DNA from: Octopus sinensis
Taxonomy: Eukaryota
Length of the DNA: 64,000 bases
Assembly: GCF_006345805.1 (NCBI RefSeq)
Contig: NW_021833817.1
Location: 20,311-84,310 of the forward strand
Reading direction: 5' to 3'
Positions 25,912 through 39,040 of the stretch are shown in pieces (the first letter of the stretch is position 1; each line of letters begins with the position of its first letter). Below the pieces are notes generated by a model. The model had not been told where the DNA came from. It ran no database searches and was given only the letters and a program-made list of their open reading frames with translations. Position numbers and translations under genes: made by a program.

Positions 25912-26159
25912 ATGAAAGTTAAGCACAACCAGAGCGTAATTGTTTTTGAAAGCAGCGTAGTTCCTCCTTTTATCTCTGACATACGTCAAGTCTACCACAC
26001 ATTAGTCTTAAGTGGAGAACCCCCATGTTTTAAATCCTTACAGCATCTTTCACTAAATGTGCTGAACACACCAGAATTTCAGTGTTTGTCTATTAGAGGG
26101 GAATTAAGTAAATACACATTGAGCCAACACTAAAAGACTACAAAAATGACTATTCAGTG

Positions 26160-26215
26160 ATCGGAAGGTAAAAAGCTCACATTAAAGCTCACATTATAAA
26201 AAGCTCACATTAAAA
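26160..26215 (+). repeat. Three copies of AAAGCTCACATT, probable subterminal repeat of a DNA transposon end
   Basis: Direct repeats seen; partner end not found. Confidence 0.45.
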
Positions 26216-26487
26216 GATGTTGTGATATTTGTTAAAATGGCATGGGAAGATGTATCGCAACATAGCATTTCAAATAAAGAAAAAGAAGAAGAAAGGCGTT
26301 ATGTGCCAGCGGCAAGGACGCAGTGTGCGCTCAGATGTCCGCAACCCACAAAAAGACTGCTATAGCCGGGTCCCTTAGAATAACACACAATCTCCACAAC
26401 AAAGAAAACAGACCCCTCTCTTCGGAGATGCCCAAATTGACTTAATTATCAATTAGTTATATATGGGCTACCCACAGTATTCTACAA

Positions 26488-26852
26488 CAGTGGTTCTCAA
26501 CCTTTTTTTACTCGTCGCCCTTTTTGAACTTTTATCGCCCCAAAATTATCGTCGTGATTATTAATATAAAAAATCTTTATAAAATTTTAATTAATAGGTA
26601 TTTTTTGGAAAAAATTAAAAGAGACAAAAAGTTACGTCAATTAATTTAATTGACTAAATCCTCTTTCGATTAAATAAGAAGGAAAACATAATAACACCGG
26701 GGTTATTTCATTCCAAAGACTAGGATAATTTTCTATATCTAAAAATTAGGAAAATTTAATAGAATATATTTAAAATTTTATTCCAATTCGAACGCCCCAA
26801 ATTAAAAATTCATCGCCCCATTTGGGCGATATCCCCCACGTTGAGAACCACT
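26488..26852. mobile_element. hAT-family MITE
   Basis: TIR CAGTGGTTCTCAAC / GTTGAGAACCACTG; 8-bp TSD TTCTACAA vs TTCTACAC. Confidence 0.88.
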
Positions 26853-27539
26853 GTTCTACACCATAACAAAACACTTGAATCAAATTTCGATTTCTTTTTG
26901 AATATTTTGACTGTAGTTATCACAGACCGGGTCAACTAACCACAAAACAATTCTGAGCGTCCATCCTTTTATCATTTCACACGAACCATATCAACCTGAT
27001 TACATAGAAATAATTTACCAATTTTTATTGACTAGTTTTGTAATTTGTTGCCAAGATCACATTAAAAGCATCGCTTCCCAATACTTTCAAATTTTAGTTC
27101 CATCGTGCGTTTGACAGCATTGGAATGACGGCAGATTATTGGCAAACTTTTTAAAATTTATTACAAGGATCAAAGTGAAATAACATCAATTATTTTTTAA
27201 GTATCTAGTAGAGGTCTATTCACAAGATTTAGAGATTCTAGCCTTGAAGTGACTTTCTCAAAGGTCTTTTGTGGAATAATTAATTCAGTCTTTCTGGGAG
27301 GAGTGAGAACTAATATCAAGGAACGTATTCTCATTGATCCATTATTAACTTCTTCACAAAAATGTCGATTACAAACATATTTTTTATATTTGATGAAATT
27401 TTTGTTAATTTATCTAATTGAACATATGCTAATGTATTTAAATAAAGTGCGGGAAAATTAACCATTGCTTTGTGGGAAATTAAAACTGAATGTTGGGAAT
27501 ATATATTTTAAACATAAACAGATAGGTCAACAAATCACT

Positions 27540-27790
27540 AAGCTGGAGAAACATTGTTTTAAATGCAATCAAAAAGGGCATTTTGTTGTACTTTTGTAGT
27601 AGTGATTCGCACACAAACAGATTCGGCAAAATCGGTGACTACAAAATTTGCAAATGATCATTCTGCTTCGGACATCTACGAAAGATTCATGGCAACAGAG
27701 AGGGCATTGAATATACTCGTTCGGGAGACATACTTTTTGAGATGGCTTCCAGTTTTCCTAGAAACTGGTAGATATTGTAGTACCTTGTTT
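27540..27790 (-). pseudogene. IBR-like (C6HC) zinc-finger fragment, possibly from an RBR E3 ligase
   Basis: YIQCPLCCHESFVDVRSRMIICKFCSHRFCRICLCANH; stops on both sides. Confidence 0.4.
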
Positions 27791-28284
27791 TCATCATTTG
27801 TTGCCATTTCATTCACACTCAACTAGTCAATTTACCAACTATTTTCCCTCCAAATTAAATTAGTTTATTTAAATTATTTTAAATATTGCATATACACAAA
27901 CAAATATTTATTAAACAAAATATTATAAATTCGAATATGCCGTCTCCGCATATCATGCTCTACTAAATTCTCGCTGATATTCACACAAATATTGTAGTGT
28001 ATTAATCTCTCGGGAATCCTTCAAACCTCGCCCGTTTGAACATATATTAGAATAAAGCATAAAAACAAAATAAAATATTATGAGCCCTATTCTCGTCTTC
28101 CGAAATCACCGTCATGGAATATGTATGCCCACGCTGGCGACCAGATCGACCTTCATTGTTGACAGCGTGACCTACATAGTTCGACATTCAATTAATAACG
28201 AAAATAATTTATTATAAAAAGGGTTTAGCGTCATTTTAATTAAAAATGGTATCTTCTCAAAGATGTATCAGTATAGTCTCAATC

Positions 28285-28410
28285 CTTATGTTACGTGAAA
28301 AATGACAGTGAATACCAAAATCTTGTAAATGTTCTACTCCAAAACCCGTACAAACTAAATCTAAATCCGAAAAATACAAACTTGTAAAAAAGCGAATCAA
28401 TTAGAATAAA
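28285..28410 (+). mobile_element. Remnant of Ginger-like transposase N-terminus
   Basis: YVKNDSEYQNLVNVL resembles YIKNNNEYDQIKSIL (52667). Confidence 0.35.
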
Positions 28411-29249
28411 ATCGGCATAGTTCAATTTTTTTAATTTTTGATCTAATATTCATAAAAATTTTCATTAATTCATTTAGAGGCTATTTTCGTGCAGGATGAA
28501 ATGCAAAAGTACCATTATGGATTATTTTTTTGTGAATTATATCTATTTTAGAGTTTAATTAATTTTTTATTTTGTTGAAAATCAAAATGAATTTAATTAT
28601 ACATATATTTAAAAAAATTAATGAATTTCAAATGGTCCATAAATAGTACACTCTTGACAAATTCAACATTTGTTGTGCTTTAAAATTACCTAATAAAGTT
28701 TTATTTAATATACAAAAATATTTTTATTATTAGTTTATGTTTTTTTATTATTTTAAAGTAATTATTTAATTAAATAATTATCTTATTATCAAAATAATTA
28801 ACATGAACTTTCGTGGTGTTGATCTCTCTTCAGATATTAAAAATCGTATTATTTCCTACATCGCAAAATATTCCTTCTAATCCAATTAAATAAAAAAACA
28901 AAGATTGATCATTAATGTAACAGGACAACAAGGTATGGCAACATCGTGATCACACGTGCCATAATTTATTAGGTTTTCTATTAATAATTGGGTAACTAAA
29001 AATTAAAATAATTTATTAATGAAAAAAACATTATTTTAATTAAAACACAATTCTACCTAGTAGCCTATAAACAGTATAAATATCAGAGCGCATATCTCAA
29101 TGATGCTCCAAATAGCTGAAATAAGGATACAAAGAAGTGCAATCTTAAAAGGACAATACAAACGGCTACACAACCAAAATTGGAAAGCCTGACAATAGTC
29201 TTTTTTGTTTGTTTTTCATATTTTTTTTGATAGAATACAGTGGGGCAAT

Positions 29250-30350
29250 TAAGTCATTGAACGCCAAGTTTTATAATAATTATTTTTGATAGCTTTTATA
29301 ACATTTAAAAGTCATTTATGTTGAGGTTCTCTGTTTCTAATCCTGTATTCAAAACTTTTCTTTTTTCAGTCCTACCGATGCTTTCCTTTTTAAAAGCATC
29401 ACGTAACTCATCCTTACTGAGTGAGTGTGACTTATCATTTAAGAACTCTGATAATGATACTGTTTCAGGTAGATCCGTGACACCTATTTAGACTCGGAGA
29501 CACAATTGACATCTTCGATAATGGTGGAGAACTAGAAACTATATTCCTGCATTCACTATACTGTTTTTATTATTTGATTCTGGAAGAAGGCCCATGAGAT
29601 TCGATTTCTTCATATCAGTAAGAACTATTATTAGAGAAATAAATTGAAACAAAACCGGAACAACCGGTCAGGTATAAAATAAAAACAAATACACTAGACT
29701 ACAAAATTTAACGAAAATAAAATTTGAGTCTCCGTAAAATAAATTTAACTAAAAAAATTATCTAAAAGATGTCTGTCTAGTTCTAAAAGATGTTTACCCA
29801 AATATTGCAGTCAAAGTAGGGTCATTGAAATGAACAGACCTTTATTACAATTACTAGTTGTCCTAATCGAGACCCACATGGTACTGTAGACAGTAGAGAT
29901 GCATCAAGTAGGGTACAACTGCATAACAAGAAATTGAATCATATTATGACCAAAGAACAGGAATCAATAACCAGTGATGATGAGTGGAGTGTTCAGTCGT
30001 GCATGTTGCCGGGTTCCCTGACTTGTCACCATTTGTCCAATATGCATGGGAGGGTAATATAACTTAAACTAGCCCGAAAGCACTTATTCGGATCATAATA
30101 AACATAACCCTGATGCTTTGTACATTTATGCTTTCCACTCCCACCTAAAATTCGACGTAGACAAACTTGTCTAAGGATAAAGAACATTGCTTTTGGCAGA
30201 ACTGTGTACAAACGGAATCCGAACCTTAATAAGATTAAAAATAAATTTATAATTTTATCCCCTATTGAATAATTGTATTTACTACAATGCACTCCCATTT
30301 TTCTATTAATCCTTGTGTAGTAATGATCATCACCACAGATCGGATGCATT
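29250..30350 (-). pseudogene. Possible MFS (SLC16-like) transporter fragment
   Basis: Hydrophobic segments LYYPPMHIG and NKGLFISMTPTLTAIFG plus a polar tail; many stops; weak recognition. Confidence 0.25.
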
Positions 30351-31436
30351 TCAAAATGTTCCTTTTAACGATTCTAAAGATTAGTTAAATTATGCCAACT
30401 TCTGCGCATTTGACCATCAGCAACAGATTTGTTCCTAGAATTGCTCGATATCGTTTAAATGAGATCTCATTTGAAAATGAGTCCATTGTTATAGTATAGG
30501 AATAAACTGATATTCGAAAATCGAGACCAATTTATTTTCATTAGGATACTGGATGATCTTGTAGTCGTTTTATTAAAGGGCTCAACTATTCCCTACAACA
30601 TATTTTTATTTCTTAAAATAATTTTTGATCTAAGATTGTTAAATCTGCTGTGGATTTTTGAATTTTAAAATTTTACAGAGAATCCGGATGTCGGTATTTT
30701 TAATTTTATCACATTGTTCGATTGTAGAATCTGGAAGGGACTATTAAGATAAAAAGAAACTCGTGATTTTTTAAACCTCGAACCCTGACTTATCAGTCGC
30801 CTAGCAAAAGCAAAACTAAGTTAATTATAATCATAAAACCGACTATAGACGTCAATAACAGATAGATTCCATTTTTATCCTCCGTTAACACTTCAAACCT
30901 TTTCACACCAATGAGGTCAATTTGAAATCGCTCATTTGGAGGAAAAGCGAAAAGATGAGTTTTATCTACGGTCGAAACCATAAATAAAACAGACTTCACT
31001 TTAGTGAAAATGAAAACTTGCAGACATTGCACTAAGAAATGACTTTTCTTATTATCGTAATTTTTATGATAAAGTAATGTCGGCTAAAGAGAAATTTAAT
31101 TTTGACGCCTCAGTGTGGTATAAAGTGCTACAACTTCGGTAGAGTATGAACTTTCAGTATTGTTTTAAAAAAAATTAAAGAAAGATCTGTTTTTGCAAGA
31201 AGTAGTGAGGTTAAATTAATTTGTCAAAAAGACAGGTAATTGATGTAAACACCTGTTTTTAGACAACTATGGTTCAAAAGCAACAAAATTTAGTTTTTCC
31301 GTTATTGGTTAAAAATGAAATTTTATGTAAACATGGACATATGTAAACATGTGTCTAATTTCATTGTATTGTTAAGTAAAGTGTTTCTAACATCTATTTT
31401 TGTGATTTTATGAATTCTCAAGCTTTTAGTTATGAA

Positions 31437-33272
31437 TAGGGCAACCAATTGCAATTTTTTGCAATTAAATATAATTTAATTAAAATTCGATAAATAATAA
31501 AGTAATGAATAGACATTAATTTTAATTATATTTTTATTCGATTTAAATTTGCAATTTTTTGCAATTTTTTGTAGTCATTTTACAATTTTTTGCAATTTTT
31601 TAAATTAAAAAAAAATTTTTTTATTAAAAAATAATAATTATAAGTAAAAGATTATTAAAACGTGTTTTTAGTTGTTTGTTGTAATGGGTAAAAGGACAGT
31701 GTCACAGAAAATTTCATTTTATGCAAAGAAATTCCCCGAGTTTGTTATTGACAGTGAAGGGAATTTATTTTGCTCCAATTGCTCAACTGTTGTACGGTGT
31801 GACACAAAATTTTTTGTTGATGCGCACCGTTCTTCAAAAAAACATTAAAAGCACACAGTATTTCTTTGAATTTAAATTTATAGAATGGACAAATTCATCT
31901 CAGAGTTCACAAACATTTCTTTCGGCGATAACGGATACTCGAAAGGATTGGGGGATCAAAGTAACACAAGCGTTTTTGGAGGCAAACATACCAATTTATA
32001 AAATCAGACATCCTTCCCTCATACGGCTTTTTGAGCAGGAAACATATCCTTGCCATCTGAATCATCTTGCAGGTTAAATGTTAAAGAAATATCAAAATAT
32101 AAAATTAATACCATTCAGACTCATTTACTGTTGTTTTTTTAAGTTATTCAATAGTGGGGAATGTGTTTTTTTTTGTTTGTGATGAAGCCCAAATCAATGG
32201 AACTCGTTTTTTAATTACTTTGATTGGAAAATCTCCACTCCAAAAAATCTTCATTAGTATCGTGTACCAATCTATATTATCCGCCTACTACTTCAACAAT
32301 TTGTTGAGGTGGACAAAGTAATAAAGAAATTTTCTATTGAACGTGAAAATTTTATATTATTCGTTACAGATGGGGCGAGATATATGACCAGTGGTATATA
32401 TAAATAAATTTAATTTTAGCTGGGGCATCAATGAAATTGATATACCAAAATCTTTTCCACGTGACTTGCGTGTCACATTTATTGCACAACTGTGCTCTAA
32501 AGATTAAGGCATCTTCGCAGATGTTGATGAATTGATTTCGTCTATAAAGGCTGCCACAGTCAAAAACAAAAGACGTTTGGAGATGTTTTCACGAATCGGA
32601 AATCCACCCGAAGTTGTGGTTACAAGATGGGGAAGCTGGCTAAAAGCAGCAAAATTACTCCCAGAATCTTCCAGAAATTATTAAAATCGTATCTGAATTT
32701 GAAGGAGATGGAGTTTTAATACAAAATGTTTTAGTTTTTAATTATTTTAGGCAAAAAAATCAGTGAATAATCCTACGTTGTTTCCAAGCTTAACCCAAAT
32801 CAGTTCAAATTATTTGGGATTAATTGAAATGATTTCAAATACTGAATTGCTTGATTACTCCATTGCAACAGCTTATGGTGATCTAAACACCCTAGACTTT
32901 ACATCAGATCCATGCGACATAAAATCCTATATATCAAAAAAGCTTGAGAAATCAGGAATACTAAGTATTCTTGAATTCTCAAATAAGAATCTATCGCCAG
33001 AAGTTTATTCACATCTCAGAAAATGTAGCGCAAGTTCAGCATCTATCGAAAGGGCAATATCTCTTTTGACGAAAATTCTTAGTAAAGAGAGGAACTTTAA
33101 ACCTGAAAATGTTCAGGAATATTTGATTTCCTATTACAATAAATAATTTCGTTAATTTTTTGCATAATGTAATGTTTACAATTAAAAAAAATTATTTTTG
33201 CAATTTTTTACAATTTTTAAAATTCATTTTTGCAATTTTTTTATTAAAAAGTGCAATTTTTTGGTTGCCCTA
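31437..33272 (+). mobile_element. hAT transposon with CGGBP1-like transposase, near full length, decayed, with small introns
   Basis: TIR TAGGGCAACCAA / TTGGTTGCCCTA; flanking TTATGAA duplication; MGKRTV..LFCSNCS..HRSSKKH zinc finger, TCVSHLLH, TRWGSWL, SASIERAIS. Confidence 0.85.
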
Positions 33273-34599
33273 TTATGAATCATTATATGTGATTTTTCAT
33301 GCGGTTCTTTAAGGGCACTTCAAAAAGGTGAAAAAGACACAGGCACTGACCTCTGATCTAGATTGCGAAAAATTTTTGATTTTTACTCCAGTTAACGGGA
33401 TTCTTAAAGGATCTTTCTCTTTGCCAGGGACCTCTTCTTCTCTCTTTGCATTCAAAGAAAAGAACAGTTTCATTCGGCGATTATTATCGGGAATTACTTC
33501 TAAAGACTTGCAGCCAATGCTTCTGCATATTTCGGTGTCTTTTTTGGCATAAACCGGAGTCGTACTGTATTCAGTTGTTGATCATCACGATCATATCCGC
33601 AGAGCATTGCAGTTTTTGCTGTGTCCAGTGTACACCTGACGTTTCATAAAACGCCTGTTACAGTTTAACAGTCACTTGGGCCGTACCAATAACCGCAGCA
33701 GGTCTCCAAGGTTAGCAGCTTCTGGTCAATAGATAAACGCTGGTAAGGAAAGTCAGCAAACTAGATCTATACCTTTTGTAAAAGGATTGGCTCTATGGGT
33801 TGAGTCTTTACTGCTGTTTTTTTGATTGCCGCGTAAGTGGTAGTTGAGCATTGAGTGGTAGGACAGTGAACAACCAAAATAGAACTGGCACGGAGAAGGG
33901 GAATCTGACTGTGTAATAACACCAAAGCAGTGCGATAGCCGTAAACGGTTTTGACTTTGATTTTAGTCACGACCAACTCTCCGTCAAAATTTCGTATTTA
34001 TGCTATTTTTCAACATGAACTTGTTTCAAGCAATCACGGAGAGTAATACGAGTAATTTTATTTCTTATTCATACAGCAAAAATATCCAATTGTTACATTG
34101 AAAATTTTGTTCGTAATTGTTCAGAATTGACGCGCATTTCAACATTTTCTGTAAATAAAATTTACTGAACGGTGACTTCCTAAAGAAATACAAGTGCCTT
34201 CTGACATATTCTCTGTTGAGGATTTTCCAAATTACGCGTTGCCAAATGACTTATAATTTAATGCCTCTCAATCACTGGTTTCACAATGCTCCCTTGTTAA
34301 AAACAAGTTTGTACTCAGTTCTGGCAAAAATATTTTCTCAGGAGATTTAGAATAATTCTCCCCAATGTAAGATTGTAAAAATCAGAAGACCTGAAAATAT
34401 ATTTGGCCATTATGTACCAATTTAAAGATAACCAGTCCATGTCAAAATGAAATTAAAATTGTTGTCTTATTAAGAAATTTCTAGTATTCAATGCCTTCGC
34501 CTTAAAAAAATTATTTTTTACTTATTTTTGGTAAATTAAAAAAATGTTGTGTTGTAAAAGAAAATAACAATAACATTTAAGTAGTCTTGGTAACCACAA

Positions 34600-35500
34600 T
34601 GAAAAAAGCCGAATTTCGAGTTGACGTGTCATCAGTTGTAAGCTCTACAGAAGACCTATCAACTTCGAGCAGACAGACGTGGAAAGGGGAATCCATGAAA
34701 GTATCAATAGAAACTCTAAATTGTCAAAAAAATAAACATTTAACCCAATAGAACATCACGCAATGATACAAAAAAAGACATTTACTCGCTGGCTTAACAG
34801 TCGTTTAATACTTGTAAGCATTTTCGGTTGATTAACGTTTCCTAGGCGAGAATGCCTGACCGAGTAACCGACATTTACAAAGATTTGGCAGACGGGAGAA
34901 TCCTCATCAAACTAATCCAAGCTTTATCAGGAGAAGTTCTCGTAAGTCGTCAACTAATGTCGGCAGCCAGTCGAGGACCACCCAAATATGTTGAAGATTC
35001 ATAGCCAGATTAACCTAAGCAACGCAATCCAATTTCTACAAGACTACACTGTAAGACAAGTCTGATAATTGGGTGTTAGATTATTTTAGGTCTTCTTTGG
35101 ATCATTATACTACGCTTCCAGGTGATCCCAGTCTTGAATAGTCCTCGCTGATATGCTGTCTGTCCAATATTCTGGGACGTGTGCTCTAAAAACCGATTTC
35201 ACCAGACTTGGGAGGAGGACTATGAGAGGAAGGTTAAAGGATCTGACCAACTCGATGAGAAGATATGTCCTCAATAACTTTATGGACGGAGCAAGACAGG
35301 TCTTTGAGTGTACTTATTCCAGGACTCACTTGACTATTTTATGGGCAAATTAGTAGTCAGTGACGCATTTGTTGCCAATAGACTGGAGCGGGACAGTATG
35401 TGGAGTAGATTGATAGTGGTGCTTGATTAGTGGTCTTATTGTAGATTATGATCACGCTACTATCACTGCCTACATTGCTTACTCTGTCTTGCTTTCTGTT
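34600..35500 (+). pseudogene. Spectrin/alpha-actinin-family actin-binding (CH1-CH2) fragment
   Basis: [47 protein letters not shown]; degenerate CH2; no rod domain follows. Confidence 0.78.
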
Positions 35501-35599
35501 TGGATATCCGGGGGTTAATAAATGTGGTGTTGTCGCGGGAATTGTCACGACTATATCACTATATTTCAACAAGAATACACTCATCGACTATCCATATAA

Positions 35600-37493
35600 T
35601 CTTAATAATAAAATGGTATGGTGTGTGTCTGTCTGTCTGTCTGTGTGTCTGTCTGTCTGTGTGTGCACACCAACTTCAAATTGGCACTACGATGTCCTCG
35701 ACTTACATGATGAGGTCCTTAAAACCTTCCCCCCAAAAAAATTAAAAAAAAATTTTCTGCATTTTGGTTAAAATGAACAACTACAATGTCCTCGACTTAC
35801 ATGATGAAGTCCTTAAAACCTTCCCCCCAAAAAAAATTAAAAAAAAATTTTCTGCATTTTGGTTAAAATGAACAACTACGATGTCCTCGACTTACATGAT
35901 GAAGTCCTTAAAACCTTCCCCCCAAAAAAAATTAAAAAAAAATTTTCTGCATTTTGGTTAAAATGAACAACTACAATGTCCTCGACTTACATGATGAAGT
36001 CCTTAAAACCTTCCCCCCAAAAAAAATTAAAAAAAAATTTTCCGCATTTTGGTTAAAATGAACAACTACATGTCCTCGACTTACATGATGAAGTCCTTAA
36101 AACCTTCCCCCCAAAAAAATTAAAAAAAAATTTTCTGCATTTTGGTTAAAATGAACAACTACAATGTCCTCAACTTACATGATGAAGTCCTTAAAACCTT
36201 CCCCTCCAAAAAAAATTAAAAAAAAATTTTCTGCATTTTGGTTAAAATGAACAACTACAATGTCCTCGACTTACATGATGAAGTCCTTAAAACCTTCCCC
36301 CCAAAAAATCAAAAAATTATTTTCTGCATTTTGATTAAAATGAACAACGCGAATGTCCTCGACATTCATGATGAGGTCCATTAAAACCTTCAAGGCAAAA
36401 ATCTCACGTATTAAGAATATCCTTGATGAAAACGACAGCGAGAATATTAACAATGATGAACTCCCAATTATTCGCGATAAAAAAATTCAATTCATCCTAT
36501 GTTTTTCTCTTTAAAATTAAATGCATATATCATTATCGACCATGAATCAAAATTAAAGCTATTATCATATTTGACTTTGACAGAATGTGCAATCACAGAT
36601 TGCACGACTTTGAATAGAGTGTGCAATTAACAGATTTTGAAAAACCACTTTGATAGTTGAAACCACATTAGCACAATCATTAACACAATTTACCACCAAT
36701 TGACGCACGACCTTGAATAGAGTGTGCAATTAACAGATTTTGAAAAACACTTTGATAGTTGAAACCACATTAGCACAACCATTAACACAATTTACCACCA
36801 ATTGACAAGCGCAATCAGAAGAATTTGCGTAAAAATATTAACTATTTACTTGAGTTTTTCGTAAAGATAGAATTTATTTTCGGTATGCCTCTTTTCCTAA
36901 ACTTTTTATTATTCAAAAATAATTTTTTAAATAGATAACCGAAGGAGGAAAAACGAAGCTGAAGAAAAAACGGTCAGCTTAATAAGGTAATTAATTAAAT
37001 CTTTTTTGTGTGTCGCTTTTTTGTGTGTCGCTTTCTTGCCTGCCGCATCTCTGCCCTGCGCATTTCCGCCTGCCGCATCTCCCCCTGCCCCATTTCCGCC
37101 AGTAAAAATAAAAAAGAAAAAAAAAGGAAATTACAAAGGAAAAATGAAAAAATTAAATATAAAAAAAAATAAACCACAAAAAATGAAAAAAAAGTTTGCA
37201 ATGACAATAAACAAGGCCCAGGGACAGTCATTAAAGGTAGTTGGGTTATTTTTAGAGTGAGTGCTTTTCACATGGACAGCTGTATGTGGGATGCTCGAGG
37301 GTAGGCAGAAGAGAAAATTTATTCATATATGCCAAGGAAGGACGGACGACAAACATCGTTTATCAACAGGCGATAGAATAGGGTTACATCAAACCAGGTA
37401 GTTTTATACATCTACATAAACTTATAGTTGTTTGATGAAACAGGCCCTCCGCAGGAGCTAGGTCGCGGTGAGCGAAGCGAGCTGCCGAGCTAG
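35600..37493 (+). mobile_element. Non-autonomous Helitron, copy 1
   Basis: A|TC 5' end, (GTCT)n near the 5' end, helicase tail FAMTINKAQGQSL..FSHGQLYVGCSRV, GC-rich hairpin then CTAG|T. Confidence 0.87.
35691..36391 (+). repeat. About 95-bp tandem repeat, 7 full units plus one partial, inside Helitron copy 1
   Basis: Unit AATGTCCTCGACTTACATGATGAAGTCCTTAAAACCTTCCCCCCAAAAAAAATTAAAAAAAAATTTTCTGCATTTTGGTTAAAATGAACAACTAC. Confidence 0.95.
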
Positions 37494-38049
37494 TAAATCA
37501 TATTAATATTTTAATTTTGTGGTGCTAACTAAGTATTTGCTGTTCTAGAATAACTGTTTTCATTTACTTTAAGTATATTTGAGTACGTAAACTGACGAAG
37601 ACACTTTTAGTAGTGACAATGATATCTTTATTTTGTAATTGAAAGATGTTTGTTAATATATTTGGCAATATAATCTCCACTAATACGGTAGTTGACAGAT
37701 AACAACACATCATTTATTAGGTTGTTTATTTCAGATTTCCTCCCGCTACGTATTCGATTGACCTATTTTATAACAAGAAAAGGGATACCTCAGTAGCTGA
37801 TTTATTGCCTAGTATATCACTGACGACATTCTTCAACATATCTTTAGCAAAAGATTCATCCAATGCTCTCCAGTTGTTGAGATTTATTAGTCTATCGACA
37901 AACATCGTCGCCTCGGCTGGAGAACTTCCATCGAACGATTCCGCCTCCCGGATGGCCTAGACTAAATCAGTTTAATAAAACCATAATAAAGACATGTCTT
38001 GTAATACTTCCATTATAAAAAAGCACAGACAAGGCTCCTACAAACAATG

Positions 38050-39040
38050 AGCGTTTCTTTCTAAAAAAAATTACAAAAATATGAACATGTCGTCAATGTC
38101 ATGTGGAATGACATATTCCGTGGTGGAATGGAATAGCAATCGGTATAAAAATTGTCCAGGAATTTTGAATTTTTTACAAATATCAGTGAAGAATAAAAGC
38201 GAATCGGGATGTCTCTAAGACCATAAAAAAGTCAAGTACAGTCAGTTCAATCGACTGAAGAAGAGAGAGCCGACAAGATTCAATCAGATACTGCCGTGAT
38301 TCTCGATTTGTCAACCCCAACTGCCTTTGAATGGACGATACCTCACTTTCCTCTATTACTAGAGGCGGGAGATTCGTTTCCGGCATGAATCGATAGTCAA
38401 AGTGATCGTCCTTTAATCTGAGTGGAACAGTACATCTGTAGTCAACAAACTCAAAAAACCGGGTGACATGGTCGCATGATCTCGTCTCACTGATCCAGAT
38501 TTTCCCAGCTTCCAGGAGTTTACTTTGTCTCATATTTTCATATTCTACATTTGGAGAAGTATTTAGTTACTTATTGCCCGAGATATCGACAAGAGACTGT
38601 TTAGATTCTTCACTTTCACTCTTTTCCCAATTGGTTCATTCTTGTCCACTGATATGTTTACATCGACACGTATTTCCCTCTCTAAAAATAGTCGGACAAG
38701 CTCCACCCTCCAATCTGGCTCGACTAATTCCCAGAGACTTGATTACACTCATCAGTTCAATCCGCAGACCTGTTCGGATGACGAGAAGACGGGGTAAGTG
38801 ACAATCTCAAGTAAACCAACTCCTTTGGAATGTTAAAGTAGAATACAACATCTGTTTAGGTCTAAAAGTCTGACTGAGGAGTCGTTTGACAGAATAGACT
38901 TGGCAGTGTCCTGTTCAAGAATGATACTTTTGATAGTGGCATATAAAGGAGTTATAGTTCCGGTTAGAGTTTTGGGGAAGTATTCAAGTCGGCCCTCCTC
39001 TGTCAGAGGAGTCCGCTTTTGGCAGACTGCGTCCTTGCCT
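38050..39040 (-). pseudogene. GATB: Mitochondrial Glu-tRNA(Gln) amidotransferase subunit B fragment, disrupted
   Basis: ILEQDTAKS, LLDLNR, GVGLLEIV, IRVDVNISV, KNLNS, ETRS, DYRFMPETNLPPL in GatB order with small introns; TGA formed at the splice junction (intron 38823-38846); frameshift near 38760; N-terminus absent. Confidence 0.85.
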
